Positions 18,236-27,866 are shown, counted from the stretch's first letter. The stretch: DNA of 64,000 nucleotides from Gemmatimonadota bacterium (GCA_037388885.1 JARRJS010000003.1:4422-68421), one strand, 5' to 3'. Translations and numbers: made by a program. Notes: generated by a model not told the origin, from the sequence alone.

Positions 18236-19801
18236 ATGAACGCAATCGAGGGAAGGACCCGTCGCGGGCGCTCACGCTTCGTCGCGTTGGCCCTGCTGCT
18301 GCTTTTTGTGCTGCCACAGGGGTGGCTCGCCGGTCAGGAGCCGCCGCTCACCGGGCTGGACGGCTACATCCGGAACGCGATGCAGCAATGGGGCATTGCC
18401 GGCCTGGCCATCGCCGTGGTCCACGACGACTCGGTGGTCTTCGCACAAGGCTACGGCGTGCGTCAAGTGGGGAAGCCCGACCCGGTGGATACACACACGC
18501 TCTTCGCCATCGGCTCGAACACCAAGTTCTTCACTGCCGTTGCACTGGGCACGCTGGTCGATCAGGGCAAGATGGACTGGGATGCTCCGGTCACGACGTA
18601 CCTGCCCTGGTTCCAGCTATACGACCCATACGTGACTCGCGAGTTCACCGTGGGTGACGCGTTGTCCCACGACAGCGGGCTGGGCCGGCGTGGTGATCTG
18701 CTCTGGTACGGCTCGACGTACAGCCGGGACGAGGTGTTGCACCGCATCCGCTATCTGAAGCCTATCTCCAGCTTCCGTGCGAAGTTCGGCTACCAGAACA
18801 TCATGGTCATGGCGGCCGGCCAGGCCGGTGGGGCGGCCGCCGGCGAGAGTTGGGACTCCCTGGTGACCGGCCGGATTCTGCGGCCCTTGGGCATGGCCCA
18901 GACCAACACCAGCGTGCGCGACCTCGCAGGGCTGCCCGATGTCGCGCAGCCGCACGTCTGGCATGAAGGCAAGCCCACGCCCGTGCCGTGGCGAAACATC
19001 GACAACATCGGGCCTGCCGGCTCGATCAACTCCAACGTGATGGACATGTCGCATTGGCTGCGCATGCTGCTCGATGACGGCCGCTTCGGTGGAGAGCAGA
19101 TCATCAAGCCGGCTACGCTACAGCGGATCGAAGCGCCGCATACGGTCATGCCGTTCTCGCAGGACAGTCTGTTTCCTTCAATACACTTCGTGTTCTACGG
19201 CTACGGCATCGGCATGGACGATTACCACGGCGTGAAGGTGCTACAGCACACCGGCGGCATCGATGGCATGCTGTCGCAGGTGGCACTGATCCCCGAGAGG
19301 CATCTGGGCCTCGTCGTGTTGACGAACACCGAAGGCCACAACGCGCTGTTTACGGCCCTCATGTGGCGCGTGTTCGATGCCTACCTGGGCGCGTCGCCGC
19401 GGGACTGGAGCACGATCCTGCTGGAGCGGACGAAGAAACAGGAAGCGGCCGCGGCCGCCCGTTGGAAGAAGCGGCAGGAGGAGCGAAAGACGGGCACGCA
19501 TCCGTCGCTGTCGTTGTCCGCATATGCGGGTACGTACCGGAACGAGATGTACGGGGACCTGGACGTCCAATATGACGGGAAGAAGCTGGTCGTGCATTTC
19601 GGCCCGTCGTTCACCGGGGACCTCACGCACTGGCACTACGACACCTTCCTTGCCAACTGGCGCAGCATCCGTGAAGGCCGCGCGTTCATGAACTTCCATC
19701 TCGGGATAGACGGCAAGGTCGACTCCGTCGAGGTGCAGGGCATCGCGTCGTTTGCGCGAGTCGTAGAGCAGGCAGAGCAGAAGGACACGGGCGGGCGCTG
19801 A
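18236..19801 (+). CDS. Exported serine hydrolase, beta-lactamase/R61 DD-peptidase fold (S12-like) with C-terminal extra domain
   Basis: A signal peptide (RFVALALLLLFVLPQGWLAGQ) is present. The three motifs are SxxK (GSNTK), YxN (GYQN) and HxG (QHTGG), as in Streptomyces R61 DD-peptidase / D-aminopeptidase-type enzymes. The C-terminal roughly 120 aa are DUF3471-like. Confidence 0.85.
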   Translation: MNAIEGRTRRGRSRFVALALLLLFVLPQGWLAGQEPPLTGLDGYIRNAMQQWGIAGLAIAVVHDDSVVFAQGYGVRQVGKPDPVDTHTLFAIGSNTKFFTAVALGTLVDQGKMDWDAPVTTYLPWFQLYDPYVTREFTVGDALSHDSGLGRRGDLLWYGSTYSRDEVLHRIRYLKPISSFRAKFGYQNIMVMAAGQAGGAAAGESWDSLVTGRILRPLGMAQTNTSVRDLAGLPDVAQPHVWHEGKPTPVPWRNIDNIGPAGSINSNVMDMSHWLRMLLDDGRFGGEQIIKPATLQRIEAPHTVMPFSQDSLFPSIHFVFYGYGIGMDDYHGVKVLQHTGGIDGMLSQVALIPERHLGLVVLTNTEGHNALFTALMWRVFDAYLGASPRDWSTILLERTKKQEAAAAARWKKRQEERKTGTHPSLSLSAYAGTYRNEMYGDLDVQYDGKKLVVHFGPSFTGDLTHWHYDTFLANWRSIREGRAFMNFHLGIDGKVDSVEVQGIASFARVVEQAEQKDTGGR

Positions 19802-19842
19802 GGCCGCGCAGGCTTTTCCACTTCAACGCGAAGGAACGTCGC

Positions 19843-21525
19843 ATGAACATCGCTGGTCGTTTCCGGCCACCTGCCGTCGCGCTACTGTCTCTGGGCGTCG
19901 CCCTCGGTTGCGCTGCACGGTCTTCGCGTCCGGTTGCGGTCCGACCGCAGGAGTCGGCTCCGTACGACGTGGTGATTCGCGGCGGCCGGGTGCTCGATGG
20001 CGCCGGCAACCCGTGGATCGCCGCGGATGTGGCCATCAAGGACGGACGGTTCGCGAAGATCGGGCGCGTGGAGGGGCGGGGCAGGGTGGAGATCGATGCG
20101 TCGGGCGACTACGTGTCTCCCGGCTGGATCGACATGATGGATCAATCAGGCAGGGCCCTGTTGAAGAGCGGTCTGGCCGTGAACAAGCTGCGCGAGGGCG
20201 TTACCACGGCGATCGCCGGCGAAGGAGGTCCGCCGGTGCCGGCTGACTCCATGCGCGCGTACTTCGACACGCTGGAACGCCAGGGCATCAGTCTCAACTT
20301 CGGCATCTACTACAACGAGACGCAGGCGCGCGTCGCAGTCATGGGGCAGGTCGCGCGGGATCCGACGCCCGCGGAGCTGACGCGCATGAAGGCGATCATG
20401 GACACGGCCATGGTCCAGGGCGCGCAGGGCATGACCACGGCGTTGATCTACCCGCCGGCGAGTTATTCGAAGACGCCGGAGCTGATCGCGGTGGCGCGTG
20501 AAGCTGCCCGGTACGGCGGGATCTACGCCAGCCATGTGCGAGGCGAAGGCAAGGAGGTGCTGGACGCCATCGGGGAAGCCATCCGCATCGGCGAGCAGGC
20601 GGGACTGCCGGTGGAGATCTTCCATCTGAAAGTGGCGTACAAGCCCGCCTGGGGCGTGCTCATGCCGCAGGTAGGCCGGCTCATCGATGCTGCGCGCGCC
20701 CGGGGCGATGAGGTGTCTGCGGACATGTACGTGTACACCGCGGGCGGAACGGGTCTGGAGGCGACGATCCCGTCCTGGGCCCATGAGGGAGGGGTGGACT
20801 CGCTCAAGGCGCGCCTGGCGCGGCCCGCCGTGCGGGCCCGGCTGAAGCGCGAGGTCCAGCAGGGCTCGCCCGGCTGGTGGAACATCGTCGAGGCGTCCGG
20901 GGGCTGGGACGGCATCATCCTGGCCAACGCGCGCAACCCTGCGAACGCACATTTCGAGGGTGAGTCCATCGCTCAGATCGCGGACGAGGAGCACAAGGAC
21001 CCCGCGGACGCGGCCTGGGACCTGGTGGTGCAGGGTGATGGGCGGGTCACGGCGATCTATTTCATGATGAGCGAGAAGGACATCGAGACGGCGCTCAGGT
21101 TCCCGTGGCTCAGCATCGGCAGCGATGCCGGGGCGTCGGTGGGGGGGAAGGGCGACGAGCTCGGGCTGCCGCATCCGCGGGCGTACGGCAATTTCCCCCG
21201 CGTCATCGCGCGCTACGTGCGGGATGAGCACGTGCTGACCCTGCCGGAGGCGATCCGTAAGATGACATCCTGGCCTGCCACGCGGATGCGCCTCCAGGAC
21301 CGCGGCGTGATCCGCGCGGGCGACTGGGCGGACGTGACGATCTTCAACTACGACGAAATCCAGGATGAGGCCACGTATGACCATCCCAGGCGCTATGCGA
21401 AAGGCGTGGACTATGTGCTTGTCAACGGCAAAGTGGTCGTGGACCACGGACGCCACACCGGCGCGAAGCCGGGCATGGTCCTCTACGGCCCGGGCTACGT
21501 TCCGGCCCCGTCCGCGGGGCACTGA
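19843..21525 (+). CDS. D-aminoacylase (N-acyl-D-amino-acid deacylase) family amidohydrolase, lipoprotein
   Basis: The protein has lipobox LGC and the N-terminus YDVVIRGGRVLDGAGNPWIAADVAIKDGRFAKIG. Family motifs YASHVRGEG, EIFHLK and IGSDAG are present. The expected HxH after PGWID is replaced by MMD (see findings). Confidence 0.8.
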   Translation: MNIAGRFRPPAVALLSLGVALGCAARSSRPVAVRPQESAPYDVVIRGGRVLDGAGNPWIAADVAIKDGRFAKIGRVEGRGRVEIDASGDYVSPGWIDMMDQSGRALLKSGLAVNKLREGVTTAIAGEGGPPVPADSMRAYFDTLERQGISLNFGIYYNETQARVAVMGQVARDPTPAELTRMKAIMDTAMVQGAQGMTTALIYPPASYSKTPELIAVAREAARYGGIYASHVRGEGKEVLDAIGEAIRIGEQAGLPVEIFHLKVAYKPAWGVLMPQVGRLIDAARARGDEVSADMYVYTAGGTGLEATIPSWAHEGGVDSLKARLARPAVRARLKREVQQGSPGWWNIVEASGGWDGIILANARNPANAHFEGESIAQIADEEHKDPADAAWDLVVQGDGRVTAIYFMMSEKDIETALRFPWLSIGSDAGASVGGKGDELGLPHPRAYGNFPRVIARYVRDEHVLTLPEAIRKMTSWPATRMRLQDRGVIRAGDWADVTIFNYDEIQDEATYDHPRRYAKGVDYVLVNGKVVVDHGRHTGAKPGMVLYGPGYVPAPSAGH

Positions 21526-21526
21526 C

Positions 21527-23395
21527 ATGCGGCGCGCCGCCGTCTCCGCCGTGCTGACGCTCGCGCTGCTGCCGGCGTTCGGGTCGGCGCAGCAGGGCGG
21601 GGACGTATCCGCGCGCTACGTCCGCCGGGAGGTCATGATCCCCATGCGTGACGGCGTGCGCCTGCATACGATCATCTACTCACCGCCGTCGCCGGGACCG
21701 CACCCGTTCATCCTCGAGCGCACGCCGTACGGCATCGCCCGTTCGGCACGCGCGCTGGACAATTCGCTACGGCCCATGGCCGAGGACAGCGGCGGCTACA
21801 TCTTCGTGTTCCAGGACATCCGCGGCCGCTACGGTTCCGAAGGCCGGTTTGTGATGCAGCGTCCGCCACGCGATCCGGCGGACAGCACGGCGATCGACGA
21901 AGGCACCGATACCTACGACACCATCGACTGGCTGCTGGAGAACGTGCCACACAACAACGGCAAGGTGGGCATGCTGGGCGTGTCGTACCCCGGCTGGCTG
22001 ACGGTCATGGCCATGCTGGACCCGCACCCGGCGCTCAAGGCGGTGTCACCCCAGGCCTCGCCCGCCGACATGTTCATCGGCGATGACTTCCACCACAACG
22101 GCGCCTTCCGCCTCAGCTACGGTTTTGAGTACGCCGCCATGATGGAGACCTCCAAGGTCAACGCCAACTTCTCCTTCGACCGCTACGACACCTACCAGTG
22201 GTACCTGGCGCTGGGCCCGCTGTCGAACGTGAACGCCCGCTACCTGCACGGGAAGATCCCGACCTGGAACGACTACGTGGCACACCCGAACTACGACGCG
22301 TTCTGGCAGCGGCGCGCAGTGACACCATACCTGACGCGCGTCACGGTGCCCACGTTGAACGTGGCCGGCTGGTGGGACCAGGAGGACTTCTACGGACCGA
22401 TCACCATCTACCGCGAGCTGGAGAAGCACGACTCGCAGAACCGCAACTTCCTGGTCGTAGGCCCGTGGAACCACGGCGGCTGGAGCCGCGGCCCGGGCCG
22501 GCGCCTGGGGCGCATCGACTTCGGAAGCGCCACGGGTCAGTACTTCCGGACGCGCATCGAGGCGCCGTTCTTCGCGCATTACCTGAAGGGCCGGGACCTG
22601 CCGCGGGAGCCGGAGGCGGTGACGTTCGAGGCAGGTGACAATCAATGGCACACGTGGTCGGCGTGGCCGCCGAAGACGGACGTGCGGGACGCGGACCTCT
22701 ACCTGCACGGTGATGGCAACCTCAGCTTCGACGCCCCGAGCGACGCGGGCGTCGTGAGCTACCTCTCCGACCCGGCACACCCGGTGCCGTACCGCCACCG
22801 GCCCATCGAGCCGACGTACTTCCCGGGCGGTTCGGGCTGGTACACCTGGCTGCTTGAGGACCAACGGTTCGTGGACAACCGCCCGGACGTGGCCACGTGG
22901 GTGTCGGCCCCACTCGACCACGATGTCACCATCACGGGCGACATCACGGCGCGTCTCTTCGCTGCCACCACGGGGAGCGCGGCCGACTGGGTCGTCAAGC
23001 TCATCGACGTCTACCCGGAGAAGTACGAGCCGAACCCGAAGCTGGGCGGGTGGGAGCTGATGGTGGCGAACGACGTCTTCCGCGGCCGCTTCCGGAACGG
23101 TTACACCCACCCCGAGCCCATCACGCCCGGCAAGGTGACGGCCTACACCATCGACCTGCACACCCAGGACTACCGGTTTCTGAAGGGGCACCGGATCATG
23201 GTCCAGGTGCAGAGCACGTGGTTTCCCATCATTGACCGGAACCCGCAGACGTACGTGCCGAACATCTTCAAGGCCCGCGCAAGCGATTACCGCAAGGCCA
23301 CGCAGAGCATCTACGCATCGCCACGTTACCCTTCTCGCATCAGCGTGCACGTCGTGACCGATGCGCAGGGGGCATCGGGATCGCGCAGTCATTGA
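21527..23395 (+). CDS. CocE/NonD-family (S15, Xaa-Pro dipeptidyl-peptidase / alpha-amino-acid ester hydrolase-like) serine hydrolase, exported
   Basis: The ATG at 21527 lies 1 nt after the upstream stop. A signal peptide (AVLTLALLPAFGSAQQ) and the nucleophile elbow GVSYPGW are present. A C-terminal jelly-roll-type domain (MVQVQSTWFP) is also recognisable. Confidence 0.85.
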   Translation: MRRAAVSAVLTLALLPAFGSAQQGGDVSARYVRREVMIPMRDGVRLHTIIYSPPSPGPHPFILERTPYGIARSARALDNSLRPMAEDSGGYIFVFQDIRGRYGSEGRFVMQRPPRDPADSTAIDEGTDTYDTIDWLLENVPHNNGKVGMLGVSYPGWLTVMAMLDPHPALKAVSPQASPADMFIGDDFHHNGAFRLSYGFEYAAMMETSKVNANFSFDRYDTYQWYLALGPLSNVNARYLHGKIPTWNDYVAHPNYDAFWQRRAVTPYLTRVTVPTLNVAGWWDQEDFYGPITIYRELEKHDSQNRNFLVVGPWNHGGWSRGPGRRLGRIDFGSATGQYFRTRIEAPFFAHYLKGRDLPREPEAVTFEAGDNQWHTWSAWPPKTDVRDADLYLHGDGNLSFDAPSDAGVVSYLSDPAHPVPYRHRPIEPTYFPGGSGWYTWLLEDQRFVDNRPDVATWVSAPLDHDVTITGDITARLFAATTGSAADWVVKLIDVYPEKYEPNPKLGGWELMVANDVFRGRFRNGYTHPEPITPGKVTAYTIDLHTQDYRFLKGHRIMVQVQSTWFPIIDRNPQTYVPNIFKARASDYRKATQSIYASPRYPSRISVHVVTDAQGASGSRSH

Positions 23396-23432
23396 AAGAC
23401 GTGCAACGGAGCTCGACCGGGGGACAGAGATC

Positions 23433-25865
23433 ATGCAGCGATACGGAAGCCGGATGAACCGGCGCATTGTTCCGATCATGTTGGCTGCCGTGGCGCTTTC
23501 CGGCTGCGGCAGGCGCGGCGGCGACACGGGCCGAGCACAGGGCTACGACGACGTCGTCCATGCGCTTCAGTCGTTCGTTCGCCATGAGCGCGCGGAAAAG
23601 GGCATTCCGGGCCTTTCTCTGGCGCTGGTGGACAGTCAGAGGGTCGTGTGGGCGGCCGGCTTCGGCTGGGCGGATTCCACGGCCGGCGTGCGCGCCACGC
23701 CCGAGACCGTGTACCGCGTGGGCTCCGTGTCCAAGCTGTTCACCGACATCGCGATCATGCGGCTGGTCGAGCGCGGCGAGCTGGACCTGGACGCGCCCAT
23801 CCAGAAATACCTGCCGTCGTTCGAGCCACGGAATCCGTTCGGCGGCACGATCACAATCCGGGAGCTGAGCGCGCACCGCGCGGGGCTCACGCGGGAGCCG
23901 CCGGTGGGCAGCTACTTCGATGACAGCAGTCCCACGCTTGCGCAGACGGTCGCATCGCTGAACCAGACCACGCTGCTGTATGCGCCGGGCAGCCACACGA
24001 AGTATTCCAACGCGGGCATCGCCGTGCTCGGTTACGTGCTCCAGAAGACGCAGGGCGCGTCCTTCTACCCGTATCTGAAGAGCACGCTGCTCGACTCCAT
24101 GGGATTGCACGACAGCGCCTTCCAACCGCTGCCTGCGCTCGAGCAGCGGCTGGCCAAAGGCTACATGTGGAGCTACGACGGGAAATTCTTCGATGCGCCC
24201 ACCTTCCAGCTGGGCATGGGGCCGTGCGGCAGCATGTACAGCACCGTGCTCGACCTGGCGCGCTTCGAGCGCATCCTGTTCGCGGGCGGCGTGGCGCCGG
24301 ACGGCCCGCGGATCCTGCAGCGTAAGACGCTGGATGAGATGTGGACGCCGCAGTTCGCGCCGAAGGATGCGAGGACAGGTTACGGCATCGGGTTCCACAT
24401 CGGGCAACTCGCCGGGCACCGGGTCGTGGGGCACGACGGCGCCATCTACGGTTTCGCGACAACGCTGACCGCGCTGCCCGACGACGGGCTCGGCGTCGTC
24501 GTCATCGCTTCGTTGGACGGCGTGAACGCCACCACCGACCGGATCGCAAACGCCGCATTGCGCCTGATGCTGGCCCGGCGCGAGCACCGGCCGCTGCCGG
24601 CGCTGGACACGACCACGGCGCTCGGCGCCGCGGACGCGCTCCGCCTCCAGGGTCGCTATCTGAAGGATGGCCGCGGCGTCGACCTCAAGGAATATGAAGG
24701 ACACCTGTATATGATGCCGACGGCCGGCGGGTTGCGCAGCGAAGTGCGACGACTCCCGGACGACAGCCTCGTGGTGGATGGGCGATTGGCGTACGGCCCG
24801 CGCATCACGCCCCTGGACGACGGGCGGCTGGTGCTCGGTGTCGACACGCTGTCGCGGGTGCCGACGGAGCATCCGGCAGCGCTGGTGACCCGGCCGAAAC
24901 CGAAGGCCGACATTTCCCCGGCGTTCCACGGACTGATAGGCGAGTACGGCTGGCCGTATGAGACGCTCTACATCTTCGAGAAGGACGGCCGGCTCCATGC
25001 GCTCATCGAATGGTTCTTCGAATATCCGCTGAAACGGGTGTCCCGGGACGTCTACGCCTTCCCCGATTGGGGGCTTTACGACGGCCAGAAGATCGTATTC
25101 GAACGCGACGCGGACGGGCAGGCACAGGCTGCCATCGCCGCCAATGTCACGTTCAAACGTATCCCGCTTCCGGGTGACGAGAACGGAGTTTCGTTCCGTA
25201 TCACGCCGGTGAAGCCGGTGTCGGAGTTGCGTACGGAGGCGTTGAAGGCTTCACCGCCCGCCGAGAAAGGTGATTTCAGAAAGCCCGACCTGGTGGAGCT
25301 GCGCAGTCTCGACCCGACCATCAAGTACGACATCCGCTACGCGACGACGAACAACTTCATGGGACACCCGTTCTACACCTCCGCCCACGCCTTCATGCAG
25401 CGTCCGGCGGCCGAAGCGGTGGCACGCGTCTCCCGGCTGCTGCGCCCGCTGGGCTATGGACTCTTGATCCACGACGCGTACCGGCCGTGGTACGTGACCA
25501 AGATGTTCTGGGACGGGACACCCGTGGACAAACACCAGTTCGTCGCAGACCCGAGCGAGGGTTCCCACCACAACCGCGGCTGCGCGGTCGATCTCACGCT
25601 CTACGACCTGAAGACAGGCCGGTCCGTGCGGACCACCGGCGGTTACGACGAGATGTCCGAGCGGTCCTACCCGCTATATCCTGGTGGCACCAATCATCAG
25701 CGCTGGCTGCGCGACTTGCTACGACACGCCATGGAGTCCCAGGGCTTCACCGTATACGAGTTCGAGTGGTGGCACTTCGATTACAAGGACTGGCAGCGTT
25801 ACCCGATCCTGAACATCACGTTCGAGCAGCTCGCCAGTCAGCACAGCGCCGAGGGTAGTCGTTGA
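23433..25865 (+). CDS. Fusion lipoprotein: R61/class-C-type serine hydrolase + linker domain + VanX/DdpX-type zinc D-Ala-D-Ala dipeptidase
   Basis: Lipobox LSGC is present. The N-terminal domain has SxxK (GSVSK), YxN (KYSN) and HxG (GHDG). The C-terminal domain (about 25281..25862) has SHHNRGCAVD (His..Asp zinc ligands, 25563..25592) and EFEWWHFDY (Glu/His), matching the VanX motifs. Confidence 0.85.
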   Translation: MQRYGSRMNRRIVPIMLAAVALSGCGRRGGDTGRAQGYDDVVHALQSFVRHERAEKGIPGLSLALVDSQRVVWAAGFGWADSTAGVRATPETVYRVGSVSKLFTDIAIMRLVERGELDLDAPIQKYLPSFEPRNPFGGTITIRELSAHRAGLTREPPVGSYFDDSSPTLAQTVASLNQTTLLYAPGSHTKYSNAGIAVLGYVLQKTQGASFYPYLKSTLLDSMGLHDSAFQPLPALEQRLAKGYMWSYDGKFFDAPTFQLGMGPCGSMYSTVLDLARFERILFAGGVAPDGPRILQRKTLDEMWTPQFAPKDARTGYGIGFHIGQLAGHRVVGHDGAIYGFATTLTALPDDGLGVVVIASLDGVNATTDRIANAALRLMLARREHRPLPALDTTTALGAADALRLQGRYLKDGRGVDLKEYEGHLYMMPTAGGLRSEVRRLPDDSLVVDGRLAYGPRITPLDDGRLVLGVDTLSRVPTEHPAALVTRPKPKADISPAFHGLIGEYGWPYETLYIFEKDGRLHALIEWFFEYPLKRVSRDVYAFPDWGLYDGQKIVFERDADGQAQAAIAANVTFKRIPLPGDENGVSFRITPVKPVSELRTEALKASPPAEKGDFRKPDLVELRSLDPTIKYDIRYATTNNFMGHPFYTSAHAFMQRPAAEAVARVSRLLRPLGYGLLIHDAYRPWYVTKMFWDGTPVDKHQFVADPSEGSHHNRGCAVDLTLYDLKTGRSVRTTGGYDEMSERSYPLYPGGTNHQRWLRDLLRHAMESQGFTVYEFEWWHFDYKDWQRYPILNITFEQLASQHSAEGSR

Positions 25866-26039
25866 GCTGGCGCACCGCGAGAAGGCACGGCGGGGATGCC
25901 TACGAAGTCGAAAATACGGAGGGAGGTTCGCCGGGGAGACCATGAACGCGTGCCGATCATGCAATCCGGCGCCGACACACGACGCGCGCGTGCCGACGCC
26001 GGGGCGCCGTGCCGTCCACGAAAGGGGGCGTACGCGGGT

Positions 26040-27686
26040 TCAGTGCCCGGTCGTGGCTGTGTCCGACGGCGCGATGGGGTACGCGTATGCCGCGGCGGCG
26101 ATCTCCCCCAGCGTCTGGCCAGCGATCTTCGTCACACCGTCCTCCAGGTCGGACGGGATTGGCACGCGGTTCAAGTAGAACGCGAACGCGAGATGCCGGC
26201 CGTTCACCGTCGTGATGTAGCCCGCGAGTCCCTTGGCCGTAAGGATGAGATGCTGGTTCAGCTTGTCGTACGCGCCGAACGTCCCCGTCTTCGCATGTAC
26301 GTGGCCGACGGCCGGGGAATGCGTCTGGATATTCCAGAGTGTGCCGTCCACGCCCAGGACGGGCAGCGCATTGTACAGATCGTTGAAATCATCACGCTCC
26401 CGCATGGCTGCCAGATAGCGAACCATGAAGTCGGGCGCGAAGAATGCGGACTGTGCGCCGCCCGCACCGTCCCCTTGCGACGCGCCGCTCAGGTCTAGCC
26501 CCAACTTGCCGAGGAAATCACGTTCGAGCTCGAAGCCTTTCTTCTCCGCATTCTGGTTCTCACCGCCCAGCACAGAGCCCAGGATGTAGGGCGTCATGCT
26601 GGCGTGCAGGTTCTGACTCACCTTCAGCGTGACCTTCAGTTCCTGCGAGAACGGCGGCGACGTATGCTCGGCAACGACATGGTCCGGTGTGTAAGAAGAC
26701 GAAAGTGCCTGGAAATCCACGACCTCGTTATACGGCGGCGGCTCTGCGCTCACACCGTCTTCAGCCAGCGCTTCGGAAAGCACCACTTCCGCGAAACGGC
26801 TCGGCTGCGGCACCGCGTACGAGAACAACCACGGCTGCGAGCCCGTCGGCATGCTGCCCGTGACCGTGACCATGTGGCTGCCATCCACCATGGTGCTGTC
26901 ATGCGCCCAATGGATCTCCACTTTGGTGGAATCCGCCGGGCCTGTCTCCGTCTTGTTCACGAACTGGACGTAGCTGGTCTGGGGCGAAGGCTGGATCGTC
27001 AGGGGCGCACTCAGCGAATCACCCGGCCCGATCGTCACGTCCACCAGGTTGTCGTTCACCGCAACCGGCGAGATCACCACGCCGCTGCCGAGCTCCCGAC
27101 TGCCCTCCGGGAACAACGACACGTCGACCAGCACGTGCCCCGTCACCCGCTTGATCCCGTGCTTCGCGATCTGGTCCGCCAACTGACGGATCACCTGCAA
27201 CGGATCACCCGGAACGGCTTTTGTATACTTGCTTCCATCGTACGCGTGATCCTCGTTCTCGAACGCCAGCGTTCCGTCCGGTTGAATCCGGTTCGACAAG
27301 TCCGGATCACCGCTCGCTACCAGCACGATATCGCCGTCCAACGTACCGTCCGCCGCGATGGGGCCGGTGCGGTACACCCGCGTCTTGAACCGGTGGTCCG
27401 CACCCAGCAATGCCAACGCCGTACCCTCCGTCACCAACTTGGTCGTCGACGCCGGGGTGAACAGCTTGTCCCCGTTGTGCACATAGAGCGGCTGGTGGTC
27501 GTCCAGCGAGTACACCTCCAGACCCCAGATCGAGTGCTCAAAGGCCGGACGCGCCATGATGGCCTTCACCACGTCCTGGAAGGTCGTGTCCTGTTGCGCT
27601 CGCACGCCCGCAGGAACAAGAACGCAGAACGCGAGGATCGCCGGTGCGACGCTGCGGTAGCCCAACCCTCGTCGGAAAGTTGTCAT
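26040..27686 (-). CDS. dacB: PBP4-type D-alanyl-D-alanine carboxypeptidase/endopeptidase (peptidase S13)
   Basis: ATG at 27686 is followed by a signal peptide (AILAFCVLVPAGVRAQQ). The SxxK (ASTTK), SxN-like (VSQNLHA) and KTG (HAKTGTF) motifs are present, with the inserted domains typical of PBP4. Confidence 0.85.
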   Translation of the reverse strand: MTTFRRGLGYRSVAPAILAFCVLVPAGVRAQQDTTFQDVVKAIMARPAFEHSIWGLEVYSLDDHQPLYVHNGDKLFTPASTTKLVTEGTALALLGADHRFKTRVYRTGPIAADGTLDGDIVLVASGDPDLSNRIQPDGTLAFENEDHAYDGSKYTKAVPGDPLQVIRQLADQIAKHGIKRVTGHVLVDVSLFPEGSRELGSGVVISPVAVNDNLVDVTIGPGDSLSAPLTIQPSPQTSYVQFVNKTETGPADSTKVEIHWAHDSTMVDGSHMVTVTGSMPTGSQPWLFSYAVPQPSRFAEVVLSEALAEDGVSAEPPPYNEVVDFQALSSSYTPDHVVAEHTSPPFSQELKVTLKVSQNLHASMTPYILGSVLGGENQNAEKKGFELERDFLGKLGLDLSGASQGDGAGGAQSAFFAPDFMVRYLAAMRERDDFNDLYNALPVLGVDGTLWNIQTHSPAVGHVHAKTGTFGAYDKLNQHLILTAKGLAGYITTVNGRHLAFAFYLNRVPIPSDLEDGVTKIAGQTLGEIAAAAYAYPIAPSDTATTGH

Positions 27687-27778
27687 TTGCCCGTCCCTTC
27701 GTGCGTCTGCAACATGGTTGCCGATCGGTCCATCCGTCCCTCTTGCTGTGACGCCTGAACGTCGGTTAAATTTATGGT

Positions 27779-27801
27779 ATCCAATATGTGATCCAATATT
27801 G
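27779..27801. promoter_or_regulatory. AT-rich repeat ATCCAATAT-gtg-ATCCAATAT (includes palindrome CAATATTG) in the divergent dacB/GntR intergenic region
   Basis: This is an exact 9-nt direct repeat with 12-nt period (27779..27787 and 27791..27799). It lies about 65 nt upstream of the GntR start, in the most AT-rich patch of the intergenic region. Confidence 0.35.
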
Positions 27802-27866
27802 CGTTCACGCAAGCGACGGGGAGGCCGGAAGGGCGGTAGGCGCAGAAACAACCCGTGAGGTGAGGG

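Noticed and set aside
21365-21526. 5' extensions of track ORFs (also 30716..30976, 26040..27851 beyond 27686, 32450..34966 beyond 34867, 53249..55057 beyond 54847)
   Set aside because: Each extension overlaps the upstream gene or the promoter and precedes an internal ATG. That ATG is followed directly by a signal peptide or domain start, and often has an RBS or stop/start overlap. I therefore used the shorter gene models.
22046-24998. Minus-strand ORFs 22046..23527 and 23340..24998
   Set aside because: They are antisense to the CocE/NonD and R61::VanX fusion genes, which carry clear catalytic motifs. Both translations are Arg/Val/His-rich.
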